Shown: positions 16,154-23,792 of the stretch, one piece after another
Layout of the letters: each line of letters begins with the position of its first letter
Numbering within the stretch: the stretch's first letter is position 1
IMG/VR virus record: IMGVR_UViG_2785510761_000002
Reading direction: 5' to 3' (one strand)
DNA from: a virus
Lineage: Duplodnaviria; Heunggongvirae; Uroviricota; Caudoviricetes
DNA length: 38,992 nucleotides
The notes under the pieces: generated by a model
Told to the model about the DNA's origin: nothing
What the model saw: only the letters and a program-made list of their open reading frames with translations
Databases searched by the model: none
Program-made: the position numbers and the translations under genes

Positions 16154-17653
16154 TCAGATGAGTTCGAGGCGGTCGGGGGTCTTGTTGATCCAGTTCAGAG
16201 AGCCAGTGCCCAGGAGGTCCTGGGCCCGCGTTACGGTCACGTACGCGAGACGGGCTTCCTCTGCGCGCAGAGTGTGCCTGGTTTCATCCAGCTTGTCCTT
16301 CTTCGGCCGGGCGAAGTCTCCCGAAACCTGAACGCTGCCCCACTCCATGCCCTTAGAGGTATGCGCAGTGCTCACGGTTAGGTCGGCGTGCTGGCCGGGC
16401 TTTACGCAGGCGTCGATAGCGTCCACGATGCTTTGGGCACCGAATCGATCGACCATGCCTACGAACGCTTCAAGCTCAGCGCCCTCTTCGGTCTCGGAGA
16501 ACTCAACCAGCTGATCCCACGACTCGAAAATCTGGAAGTCAGCCTGGCTTGTTTTGCCGTTTTGCTGAAGCTCCAACGCCCCCTTGGACATACGAGAGAG
16601 TTCGTACCCCTTGTCGCCGGCGATCTTGACTGAGCGCCCTGCTCGCTGACCTTCAACCACCTCGACGATAGCGCCGGCGTTGGTGCGGCAGATCGAAACG
16701 TCAGGCGCGTCGTGCAACATCCCATACACCCTCGAGTCACGCATCGGCGTGCCTGAGATCTGCAAATCGGATCCGAGGAGGCTCAGCCATTTCTGGGCCT
16801 CCTCAGCAACGCCAGGACCGAAGCGGAAGCTCTGCGTCAGGGTGGAACGCCAGGCGGCCGGGAACTGCTGCATGCTGTTCCGTGCGCCTCGCCATTCGTA
16901 GATTGCCTGGTTCTCGTCACCCACAACGATTCGTTGGCACTGTTGCTTCAGGATGACATCGATGAGAAGCGGATCGAGGTCCTGCGCCTCGTCTACAAAC
17001 ACGAAGTCCGTGTTCAGTGAAGGGCTGGACAGCTGCCAGTGCTTCACATACGCCTGATGGTTCATGGGCAGCGTCCCAGTCGGGCTCACGTAGTCAGCCC
17101 AGAGGATGCGGGCATTGTTGAGTACGAGTGCACGCAGCTGCTCCAGCGCGCCGTCGGCTGCGTGCAGCGCTTTCGGGAGTCGCACATGCTCAACAGTGAG
17201 CTCGGGGTCGGCGGTACGCATAAACGAACCCACGGTGTCCTTCACACAGTTGGTTATGGTCTCACGCTTCAGAGATTTGACTGATGCCTGGTCAGTAGTG
17301 GAGAAGGAGTAGCCATCCGTGACTCCGCACACCTTGGCGATTTGGCCCCAGTGGGTGAAGCGCTGGGCACCCTGAAGGCGCTCTCGGAAAAAGTCAGGAC
17401 TGTTTCGGAGCGCGAGCGCATGCATGGTCATCGGGCGAACACCAGTGCCGGAAAATCGACGCTGAGCTTCCGTCGCGATGACCTTGTTGAATGCGAGATA
17501 CAGCCCCTGGCGGGATGGCTTGTACCGTGCAAGCATTTCCAGCGTGCTTGTCTTTCCTGTCCCGGCAAGCGCCTGGATCACCACGTCAGATGAGGTGCGG
17601 TAGCACAGCAGGGCATGGTCTTGTTCGGGTGTCGGGGTGAAGCCGGACATCAT
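16154..17653 (-). CDS. UvrD/Rep-family (SF1) DNA helicase
   Basis: ALAGTGKT, VDEAQD, VGDENQAIYEWRGA, LTQSFRFG, STAHTSKGMEW, YVTVTRA; start at 17653 after AAGGAGG. Confidence 0.92.
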   Translation of the reverse strand: MMSGFTPTPEQDHALLCYRTSSDVVIQALAGTGKTSTLEMLARYKPSRQGLYLAFNKVIATEAQRRFSGTGVRPMTMHALALRNSPDFFRERLQGAQRFTHWGQIAKVCGVTDGYSFSTTDQASVKSLKRETITNCVKDTVGSFMRTADPELTVEHVRLPKALHAADGALEQLRALVLNNARILWADYVSPTGTLPMNHQAYVKHWQLSSPSLNTDFVFVDEAQDLDPLLIDVILKQQCQRIVVGDENQAIYEWRGARNSMQQFPAAWRSTLTQSFRFGPGVAEEAQKWLSLLGSDLQISGTPMRDSRVYGMLHDAPDVSICRTNAGAIVEVVEGQRAGRSVKIAGDKGYELSRMSKGALELQQNGKTSQADFQIFESWDQLVEFSETEEGAELEAFVGMVDRFGAQSIVDAIDACVKPGQHADLTVSTAHTSKGMEWGSVQVSGDFARPKKDKLDETRHTLRAEEARLAYVTVTRAQDLLGTGSLNWINKTPDRLELI

Positions 17654-17696
17654 CTCTCGCCTCCTTGCCGCGGACCGTCCGCGGCGTGCCCGTGTT

Positions 17697-17706
17697 GAAT
17701 GCGCGG
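17697..17706 (-). promoter_or_regulatory. Box A (CCGCGCATTC)
   Basis: Exact motif 43 nt upstream of the helicase ATG. Confidence 0.65.
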
Positions 17707-17723
17707 GGTCGGCCGAGCACACA

Positions 17724-18656
17724 TCAGGTGCTCATGATGAGCACTTCGTCAGTGTCCTTCTCGCCCTTGTCGCGGCGCCGGTGGCTGCTGTTTGAGTAGT
17801 CGAAATCGAGATGGATCACCTCATGCAGCTGGGCCCATGAGGTCAGCTTGTGGTTCTGTTCCCCTTTGAGTCTCAGAACATTCGACATTGCCCAAGGCAC
17901 TCCTTGAGCGGTGAGGTCGTCGAGGAACGCCAGCAGTCGCTCATCGTCATCATCACCCCAATTAGTGTTGTAGGGCGCGCTTCCTAGCGCGTATGGAGGG
18001 TCGAGGTACACGAATGGTGACTCGTATGCTGCGGGAACGACTTCCTGAAAATCCCGTTGCAGGATCTCATGTTCGATCTCACCCAGTCGATGAACAGTGC
18101 GCTGTAAACGAGACCTCACCGCCCCATTGAAGTCCCGCTTCCCTACGGGGGTCGTCCAGAGCCCGGTGACGTTACTTCGCTGAAGGTAGCAGTTGAAAGC
18201 ATGGATGATGAGCATGAACTCTGCAGCTTTCTGCTCTCGATCACTCTGAAACTTTCGCTCATTCACGTCTTGACGCAATCTGAGGAACGGCTCCCTGTTG
18301 GCCGCTGCGAGACCGCGTGAGGAGTTCGTCTCATAGAACCCGTACCCATTCGCCTGAGAGTCGCTGAGCTGGTACTCCGCGATGATGGCATCAGCCTCGG
18401 CTTCAACCTGACCTGGTGAGCTCTCTGAGAGGTATCGGGCGATGTTTACAGCGTCCGAGAGCTGGTCATTGAACACAACCTTCCGCGCGTCGACGTTGAG
18501 TCCCACGTTCAATCCGCCGGCGAAAAGATCGATGAACGTGTGCTTGGTGAGGTCACCAAACTCGGGAATGATCCGGTGCAACAGCCGGGCTTTGCCTCCT
18601 GCGTAGTTGTGGGGGCTGGTAACGAACTGGCTGACTGGTGCTTTCGGGCGACGCAT
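17724..18656 (-). CDS. D12-class (Dam/FokI-type) N6-adenine DNA methyltransferase, orphan
   Basis: NYAGGKARL, FIDLFAGG, VFND, PVGKRDFN, YLDPPY, WAMSNV, DEVLIM motifs. Confidence 0.9.
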   Translation of the reverse strand: MRRPKAPVSQFVTSPHNYAGGKARLLHRIIPEFGDLTKHTFIDLFAGGLNVGLNVDARKVVFNDQLSDAVNIARYLSESSPGQVEAEADAIIAEYQLSDSQANGYGFYETNSSRGLAAANREPFLRLRQDVNERKFQSDREQKAAEFMLIIHAFNCYLQRSNVTGLWTTPVGKRDFNGAVRSRLQRTVHRLGEIEHEILQRDFQEVVPAAYESPFVYLDPPYALGSAPYNTNWGDDDDERLLAFLDDLTAQGVPWAMSNVLRLKGEQNHKLTSWAQLHEVIHLDFDYSNSSHRRRDKGEKDTDEVLIMST

Positions 18657-18690
18657 TCACTAATTACGTGCGGCACCTGCACCGCCAGTA

Positions 18691-19344
18691 ATGAAGTGCA
18701 TGACTCAGATGCGTAGGCAACACCAGAACCTCGGCGCGACCGCTGGTGGCGGTAACGGAGGCAGTTTCGCCCCACATCATCGATCGATCTTCGCGCCACC
18801 ACCACCTCCCCAGCCGCCAAGGGACCCAGATGTGGAAGTGCAGCGGGCCTGGAACGACACCCCTAGAGACTTTCTTCCCGATGAGCCGCCTGCTGGGCTC
18901 ACCGATGACGACTGGGGGCACTACGTGCGGTGGCGTAAGCAGTTGCGCACTGACCTGATCCCAGAGCACAAGCAAACCCAACGCGCCCCATACGGACTAA
19001 GACAGGCCTGGGACGGCAGAGCGCAAGAGTCGCTGAGAAAGCTCCACTCAATGATGGGGGAGGTTCCAGTAGCTGACCCCTCGTGGCTTCGTGTCAGGGA
19101 TGAAGCGATACGTGACAGCGCCAAGGCTGCGGACCCTGGGTGCACAGGAATCACGATCACACGCAGAAATGGCGAGTACGCGGCGGTGCTTCACGGAAGC
19201 ATTCGTGACCCGAGGTTTCGGGCGACACCTGCCCAGAATTCACTCAGCAGGCGGGTGACACAGGCCATTGCTGCGGCAGGTCACGATGGGCTCCCTTGGG
19301 TTGATTCGCCGGATGGCGCTCGGGCGACAGTGGAGCTGCCGTAG
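18691..19344 (+). CDS. Hypothetical protein (up to 217 aa) with a poly-Pro stretch
   Basis: Fills the gap divergent from the MTase; start uncertain. Confidence 0.6.
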   Translation: MKCMTQMRRQHQNLGATAGGGNGGSFAPHHRSIFAPPPPPQPPRDPDVEVQRAWNDTPRDFLPDEPPAGLTDDDWGHYVRWRKQLRTDLIPEHKQTQRAPYGLRQAWDGRAQESLRKLHSMMGEVPVADPSWLRVRDEAIRDSAKAADPGCTGITITRRNGEYAAVLHGSIRDPRFRATPAQNSLSRRVTQAIAAAGHDGLPWVDSPDGARATVELP

Positions 19345-19379
19345 AGGTACACGTCCAGGGTGCGTGGGAATGCTGGTGT

Positions 19380-20294
19380 CTACGCAGCCTCACGTGCCTT
19401 GGACGCTGCAAAGTTCACCTGGTCAAGGTATGGTTTGGTGGCAACGTGAACGCGTGCACTGAGCTGCAGCAGCTGAGCACGGATCTGCCCGACATCGCAG
19501 TTCGGATCTTCGAGGGCGTCGATCATCGACTGGACCTGCACCCTCGTTTGTGTTTCCCCGATGAGATCGCCGCCGGAGAATCCCGAGTACGCTGTGATCA
19601 GGGCCTTCATGGTCTGGTCGTGCTGCTCGTGTGGCTCGGGGACGAATGCTCGGTCGTCCTCCTGCAGATCACTGATGGTGCGACCCAGGTGCTCCGCCGT
19701 GTACGCCCATTGAGCGAACACGTACAGCGGGGTTTGACTGGTTGCATCACGAACCATCTCGGAATCGATCCCGCACTTGCTGAACCGCTCTGTCAGATCG
19801 ATCTGATCGAACAGGGGGTCGCTCGCCCCGCGCTCCCACTGATCAAGACGAGCTCGAACGTCTGGGGAGTCAACGTCAATTCCGTAGCTACTTGGCACGT
19901 CAAGCCAGGTGCCAGAGTCAACGTCGAGGAGGCCGGCGGAGACGCACTGCACAATGACCCGGATCAGGTACTCCTCGCTTGTCTCCACTCGCTCTACACC
20001 GGACTCGTCGAGCACATGTGCGCGAAGGGCCACTGAAGCTGGAAGCCAGAAGAACGGGTGCCAGAGCACGTCGAGCTTCACGCCATCCCAACGCAGGGGA
20101 TGGCCATGAGAGTCTTTCACGCCCTGCGGGATGGGGATCCGCACTACTGGCGAGGCAACAACATCGGCTGGTGTGAGTCCGGTTGCGTCAAGAAATCGCT
20201 CATACCGGTCCACGTAGCTGTCCAGGTCAGGGGATAGCGCCACCCCTTCGCCAGGCCCTACCAAGAACTCACGCCGACGTTCTGTCGTGCTCAT
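19380..20294 (-). CDS. Hypothetical protein (304 aa)
   Basis: Long acidic ORF; start refined to MSTTERR (GGAG SD), downstream of box B. Confidence 0.75.
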   Translation of the reverse strand: MSTTERRREFLVGPGEGVALSPDLDSYVDRYERFLDATGLTPADVVASPVVRIPIPQGVKDSHGHPLRWDGVKLDVLWHPFFWLPASVALRAHVLDESGVERVETSEEYLIRVIVQCVSAGLLDVDSGTWLDVPSSYGIDVDSPDVRARLDQWERGASDPLFDQIDLTERFSKCGIDSEMVRDATSQTPLYVFAQWAYTAEHLGRTISDLQEDDRAFVPEPHEQHDQTMKALITAYSGFSGGDLIGETQTRVQVQSMIDALEDPNCDVGQIRAQLLQLSARVHVATKPYLDQVNFAASKAREAA

Positions 20295-20351
20295 CTCGTA
20301 CTCCGTATCTGGCTCGTTGGAGCCGGTCGCAATCAAGCTCTGTTGCTGCAT

Positions 20352-20363
20352 CACATACGGGTT
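20352..20363 (-). promoter_or_regulatory. Box B (AACCCGTATGTG)
   Basis: 11/12 match to the other four copies; 57 nt upstream of ATG 20294. Confidence 0.6.
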
Positions 20364-20369
20364 AGTGCG

Positions 20370-20379
20370 CCGCGCATTC
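20370..20379 (+). promoter_or_regulatory. Box A (CCGCGCATTC), plus strand
   Basis: Exact motif 35 nt upstream of the DsbA-like gene; orientation follows the gene. Confidence 0.65.
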
Positions 20380-20414
20380 ATTGAGACAAACCACCGTCCA
20401 CCGCAAGGAGAAAT

Positions 20415-21338
20415 GTGTCAATTTCCGACCCTAGGCCCACCAAAAGCGTGAAACGTGAGGCGGCAAGGCAGGCCGCACAGGAGGCGAGAGCACGCGAGCA
20501 GCGAGCGAAGAAGCGCAGGCGGCTATTGGTCCAAATCGGTGTCGTCGCTGGCATCGCAGGTGTACTTGCGGGGGTCTGGGGTATGTGGAGCGCAGCGAAT
20601 GTACCGCCCGGCCCGGGGCCGGCAAGCATGTCAACTGGCGGGGTGATTTTCAACGCTCCTGATGAGGTTCAGGCCTCCGATGCGCAGCCTGCTGAGTCGA
20701 AGACGCGAGATGAGCCTGTGTTCGACGGCGAAAAGGTCTCGGTGACCCTGTACGCCGACTACATGTGCCCTGGATGCGGGAATTTCGAGCAGCTGTACGG
20801 AAGGCTGCTGGAATCCCTGCTGGAATCCGGGCACATCCAATTGCATATGGTGCCGGTGACCTTCCTCGACATGCAAAGCGCCGGCACGAAATACTCATCC
20901 CGCGCTGCGAATCTGGTTGGATGCCTCGTTGAGCAGCAGCCGGAGTATGCGTATGGCACCCACACACGACTGTTCAACGCGGGCACGCAACCAGCCGAAG
21001 GCAGTGCGGGCCTGACTGATCGACAGCTTCTGGCTATCGCAAAAGAGGCCGGCGCTGAGATGACTGGAGAGCTGCAGGGCTGTGTGCAGAAGCGCTCGTT
21101 TGCGGACTTCTTCCAGGTCAGCAGCGACATCTTCAGCAGCACTGGAGCGGTGGGGCTTGCCGAGGGGGAGCGCCTGCAGATGCCGGGCCTGACTGGGGAG
21201 CTGCAACCAGAGGGCGAGCCACAAAAGCTTGCCAGCACCCCAACCGTGATTGTTGATGGTGTTCAGTGGCAGCGGGCAGAAGACTTCGCCCTCTTCCTGG
21301 AGAAGCACATCGCAGCAAAGTCGGAGCAGCGTCAGTGA
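20415..21338 (+). CDS. dsbA: Membrane-anchored DsbA/MdbA-like thiol-disulfide oxidoreductase
   Basis: Basic N-terminus, one TM helix, LYADYMCPGCGNFE active site, STPTVIVDG cis-Pro loop; AAGGAG SD. Confidence 0.88.
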   Translation: MSISDPRPTKSVKREAARQAAQEARAREQRAKKRRRLLVQIGVVAGIAGVLAGVWGMWSAANVPPGPGPASMSTGGVIFNAPDEVQASDAQPAESKTRDEPVFDGEKVSVTLYADYMCPGCGNFEQLYGRLLESLLESGHIQLHMVPVTFLDMQSAGTKYSSRAANLVGCLVEQQPEYAYGTHTRLFNAGTQPAEGSAGLTDRQLLAIAKEAGAEMTGELQGCVQKRSFADFFQVSSDIFSSTGAVGLAEGERLQMPGLTGELQPEGEPQKLASTPTVIVDGVQWQRAEDFALFLEKHIAAKSEQRQ

Positions 21339-21823
21339 GCGCGGAATATGTGACACCGGGGGTGCACCGCTGGGGTTGGGCGAGCACTATCGACACCGAC
21401 GGGAAGCAAGTAGTCTCGGTCGGCCCGCTCCACCGCTCAAGAATCAGCAACGCCGCCTCGAGGGCGGCGTACAGGATGAATGTAGTCATGTTGTGTGCAG
21501 CCACGTTCATTGGGTCCGGTGCAATCACCGGAGTGATCTCGTGGATGGCCACCGGTGTGGCTGGAGTGTTCATTGCCGCGGTGCCTTTCACGGTGATTGC
21601 TACGGCCCTCTCATACGTGATCCACATGACAATTGGTGACGAAGAACTCCACGTGACCGTGGACGGCAGCTCATCATGCACAGCGTTGCGGATCGCGGCT
21701 ACGAAAGTGCTCGCGGAGCCATGGTCTCTGAAGCTTCACGATCAGGTGTTCATGGCAGCGATCAGACTGAGGAACGACAACCGTAGACGCGCACTGTCAT
21801 CGCCAACTACTGCACTGGGGTAG
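21335..21823 (+). CDS. Membrane protein, two TM helices
   Basis: GTGA overlap with the dsbA stop; hydrophobic hairpin. Confidence 0.65.
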   Translation: MSAEYVTPGVHRWGWASTIDTDGKQVVSVGPLHRSRISNAASRAAYRMNVVMLCAATFIGSGAITGVISWMATGVAGVFIAAVPFTVIATALSYVIHMTIGDEELHVTVDGSSSCTALRIAATKVLAEPWSLKLHDQVFMAAIRLRNDNRRRALSSPTTALG

Positions 21824-21833
21824 ATCAAAACAC

Positions 21834-21879
21834 CAGCAATAGAGCTCGCGCAGGGATCCTTGCGCGAGCTCTATTGCTG
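21834..21879 (+). terminator. Strong hairpin terminator
   Basis: Perfect 19-bp inverted repeat CAGCAATAGAGCTCGCGCA / TGCGCGAGCTCTATTGCTG, 8-nt loop, 10 nt after the stop. Confidence 0.75.
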
Positions 21880-21887
21880 TCATGATG

Positions 21888-21897
21888 CCGCGCATTC
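21888..21897 (+). promoter_or_regulatory. Box A (CCGCGCATTC)
   Basis: Exact motif 8 nt after the hairpin, 78 nt before GTG 21976. Confidence 0.65.
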
Positions 21898-21975
21898 ATA
21901 CAAGGAACACCGACACGCGCGATGGCTTGACGAAATACCGGCTCGGCGACGCGCTTCACCCTGAGAGGAACGACA

Positions 21976-22266
21976 GTGGCCACCACAACCGACAACCTTC
22001 GCAGCCTAATGAACCAGGCCACACCATCCATTCGAGATGGTGCAGACGACCACACCTGGGAGCAGCGCCTCCTGGAGCAGAACGACAACATGATCGAGCG
22101 ACTCAAGAGCAACGAGCCACTGGACATCCGCCGAGGCCTTGCACGGGGAGTCGCCGTCTTCTCCATCTACGAGCTGCTGCTGTCAGCGCGCAAGGAATCT
22201 GGTTCAGACGTTTCCGCAGTTGCCGGAGGAAACGTGAACAAGGAGCTGGAGCTTGTCGCAGCGTAG
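21976..22266 (+). CDS. Hypothetical protein (96 aa)
   Basis: GAGAGGA SD before GTG; first of a run of small co-directional ORFs. Confidence 0.7.
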   Translation: MATTTDNLRSLMNQATPSIRDGADDHTWEQRLLEQNDNMIERLKSNEPLDIRRGLARGVAVFSIYELLLSARKESGSDVSAVAGGNVNKELELVAA

Positions 22267-22279
22267 CCAGGACCTGGAG

Positions 22280-22618
22280 GTGATCGGGCGTTCCACTGAA
22301 ATCGGCAACCCAATTGTTCCGGTTGCCCATGAGGACTTGCGAGCACTGGTCTCGGAGCTCGACGAATTCAGAGCGGCACTCATGCACCGCGGACTTGCTG
22401 AGGCGAATCTGCAGAAGTTGGTAGAGCACGCCATGCGTCCAGGGGAAACCTTTGCACTGGCTGCCCTGAGGTTGATCCAGTCACAGCATCGTGAAATTGA
22501 GCAGATGCGCGAACAGTTTGAGGCGATCGCGAACGACGCAGCCGAGCCAGAAGACACGTCCCCAGCAGATGATCTCGACAACGCCCTCAAGATCCTGGGG
22601 TTCACAGAAGTGGAGTAG
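22280..22618 (+). CDS. Hypothetical coiled-coil protein (~112 aa)
   Basis: Fills the operon gap; start uncertain. Confidence 0.6.
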   Translation: MIGRSTEIGNPIVPVAHEDLRALVSELDEFRAALMHRGLAEANLQKLVEHAMRPGETFALAALRLIQSQHREIEQMREQFEAIANDAAEPEDTSPADDLDNALKILGFTEVE

Positions 22619-22622
22619 AGGT

Positions 22623-22874
22623 ATGGCTAGACGCACATTTGATCGGTCACCCGCCAAACTGATCCGGCACAATCCGCCTGAACTGGGCTCGCGATGGATG
22701 CATCCAAGAGCCCCGCGCATAGTGATTACTGTCGCCAGGATTCAAGGGCCTCAGTGGGCTCCGATGGTGCGCTGGAGGAGAGCAGACGGCCGCGGTGACG
22801 GTGTGACCACGGTCCAGGCCTTCTTCCGCACCTTCCTGTCGGCTGACGCCGCTCAAAATGGAGAGAATACATGA
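22623..22874 (+). CDS. Small basic hypothetical protein (83 aa), possibly an SH3-like beta-barrel
   Basis: ATG 22623 after GGAG/GAGG; ATGA overlap with the next gene; GSRWMH..ITV..VRW..F.RTF pattern. Confidence 0.6.
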   Translation: MARRTFDRSPAKLIRHNPPELGSRWMHPRAPRIVITVARIQGPQWAPMVRWRRADGRGDGVTTVQAFFRTFLSADAAQNGENT

Positions 22875-23188
22875 CCGAGAATGCCCCAACGAACGAATTT
22901 GACAATGTAACTGCGAGCCTCGCAACAGTGTTCACCGTCCGGGCGCAGGGAGACCCGGAGTTCCCGTTTGCCGTAAACATGCTGATCAGCGACAACGATA
23001 AAGTACAGAGCCACTTCTCCATCGTCGACGCACATCAGCCGCACCACACCATCATTCGACTGCCGCTAGGCATGCTCGAAGCGTTCGCTGGGATGCTGGG
23101 TGATGCGAGCACGTGGGCGAACATGCGACAGCACGGAAACGTCGAACAGTTCATTGCGAGTATGAGTTCAGCGACCGATGCGAGCTGA
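22871..23188 (+). CDS. Hypothetical protein (105 aa)
   Basis: GGAGAG SD, ATGA coupling. Confidence 0.7.
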   Translation: MTENAPTNEFDNVTASLATVFTVRAQGDPEFPFAVNMLISDNDKVQSHFSIVDAHQPHHTIIRLPLGMLEAFAGMLGDASTWANMRQHGNVEQFIASMSSATDAS

Positions 23189-23747
23189 GAACTCTCATCG
23201 GGGATACGGCGGAATCATCGCTTCCCAGTCGACGATCAGGGCGATTTGGGTGCGCGCAGGTGCCCTATTTCGCTTGTCCCTTCAGGACGTATATGACGAA
23301 GCCAGCATGCGGATACGAGAACACACCCCATCTGCCCAGGCTGCCGCCTATGGGGCCACCGATCTTTTGGCGATTCAAGCCGCAGCCGATGGTTTGCTAG
23401 CGGAGTCCCAACTGCTCGCACACCCAGACCTGATGGTGGGTAAGGCGAAGTTCATACGCACCCACGCTCGTCCGCGCCAGTTGCGCTACCTCGACCCGCT
23501 CACCCGCGTGGAAGCAAGGATGCTGCTCCCGACTTGCATCGCCTGGAAATCACACGTCGATCCGATGCGTATCGAGGAAAGCCCGCTGCTTGAGGCCTTG
23601 ATGTCCGCGAGCGAGGAGCAACAGTTCTGCCGTGACTACGGTGGCGTTCACTTTGCCGTGGCATATGGCCCTGACACACCGATCTGGCAGGTCGGCGCCG
23701 GAGCACGAATGGTCACTGGACAAGACGTGTCTCTCACCGCGCATTGA
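23178..23747 (+). CDS. Hypothetical protein (up to 189 aa)
   Basis: Continues the operon; start uncertain. Confidence 0.6.
   Translation: MRAENSHRGYGGIIASQSTIRAIWVRAGALFRLSLQDVYDEASMRIREHTPSAQAAAYGATDLLAIQAAADGLLAESQLLAHPDLMVGKAKFIRTHARPRQLRYLDPLTRVEARMLLPTCIAWKSHVDPMRIEESPLLEALMSASEEQQFCRDYGGVHFAVAYGPDTPIWQVGAGARMVTGQDVSLTAH
23737..23746 (+). promoter_or_regulatory. Box A (CCGCGCATTG)
   Basis: 9/9 core match 46 nt upstream of dinG. Confidence 0.6.
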
Positions 23748-23792
23748 TACGTTGCCGCGGTCTACGCGGTCGTAACGCGGGAGGAAAGCATT

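Noticed and set aside
18649-18658. CGACGCATTC as a twelfth box A upstream of the 18691 gene
   Set aside because: Two mismatches in the core and overlap with the MTase start codon; plausible but not counted.
21924-21932. ATG-GCT-TGA minigene in the leader after box A
   Set aside because: The AAGGA lies too far upstream for an SD; such triplets are common by chance.
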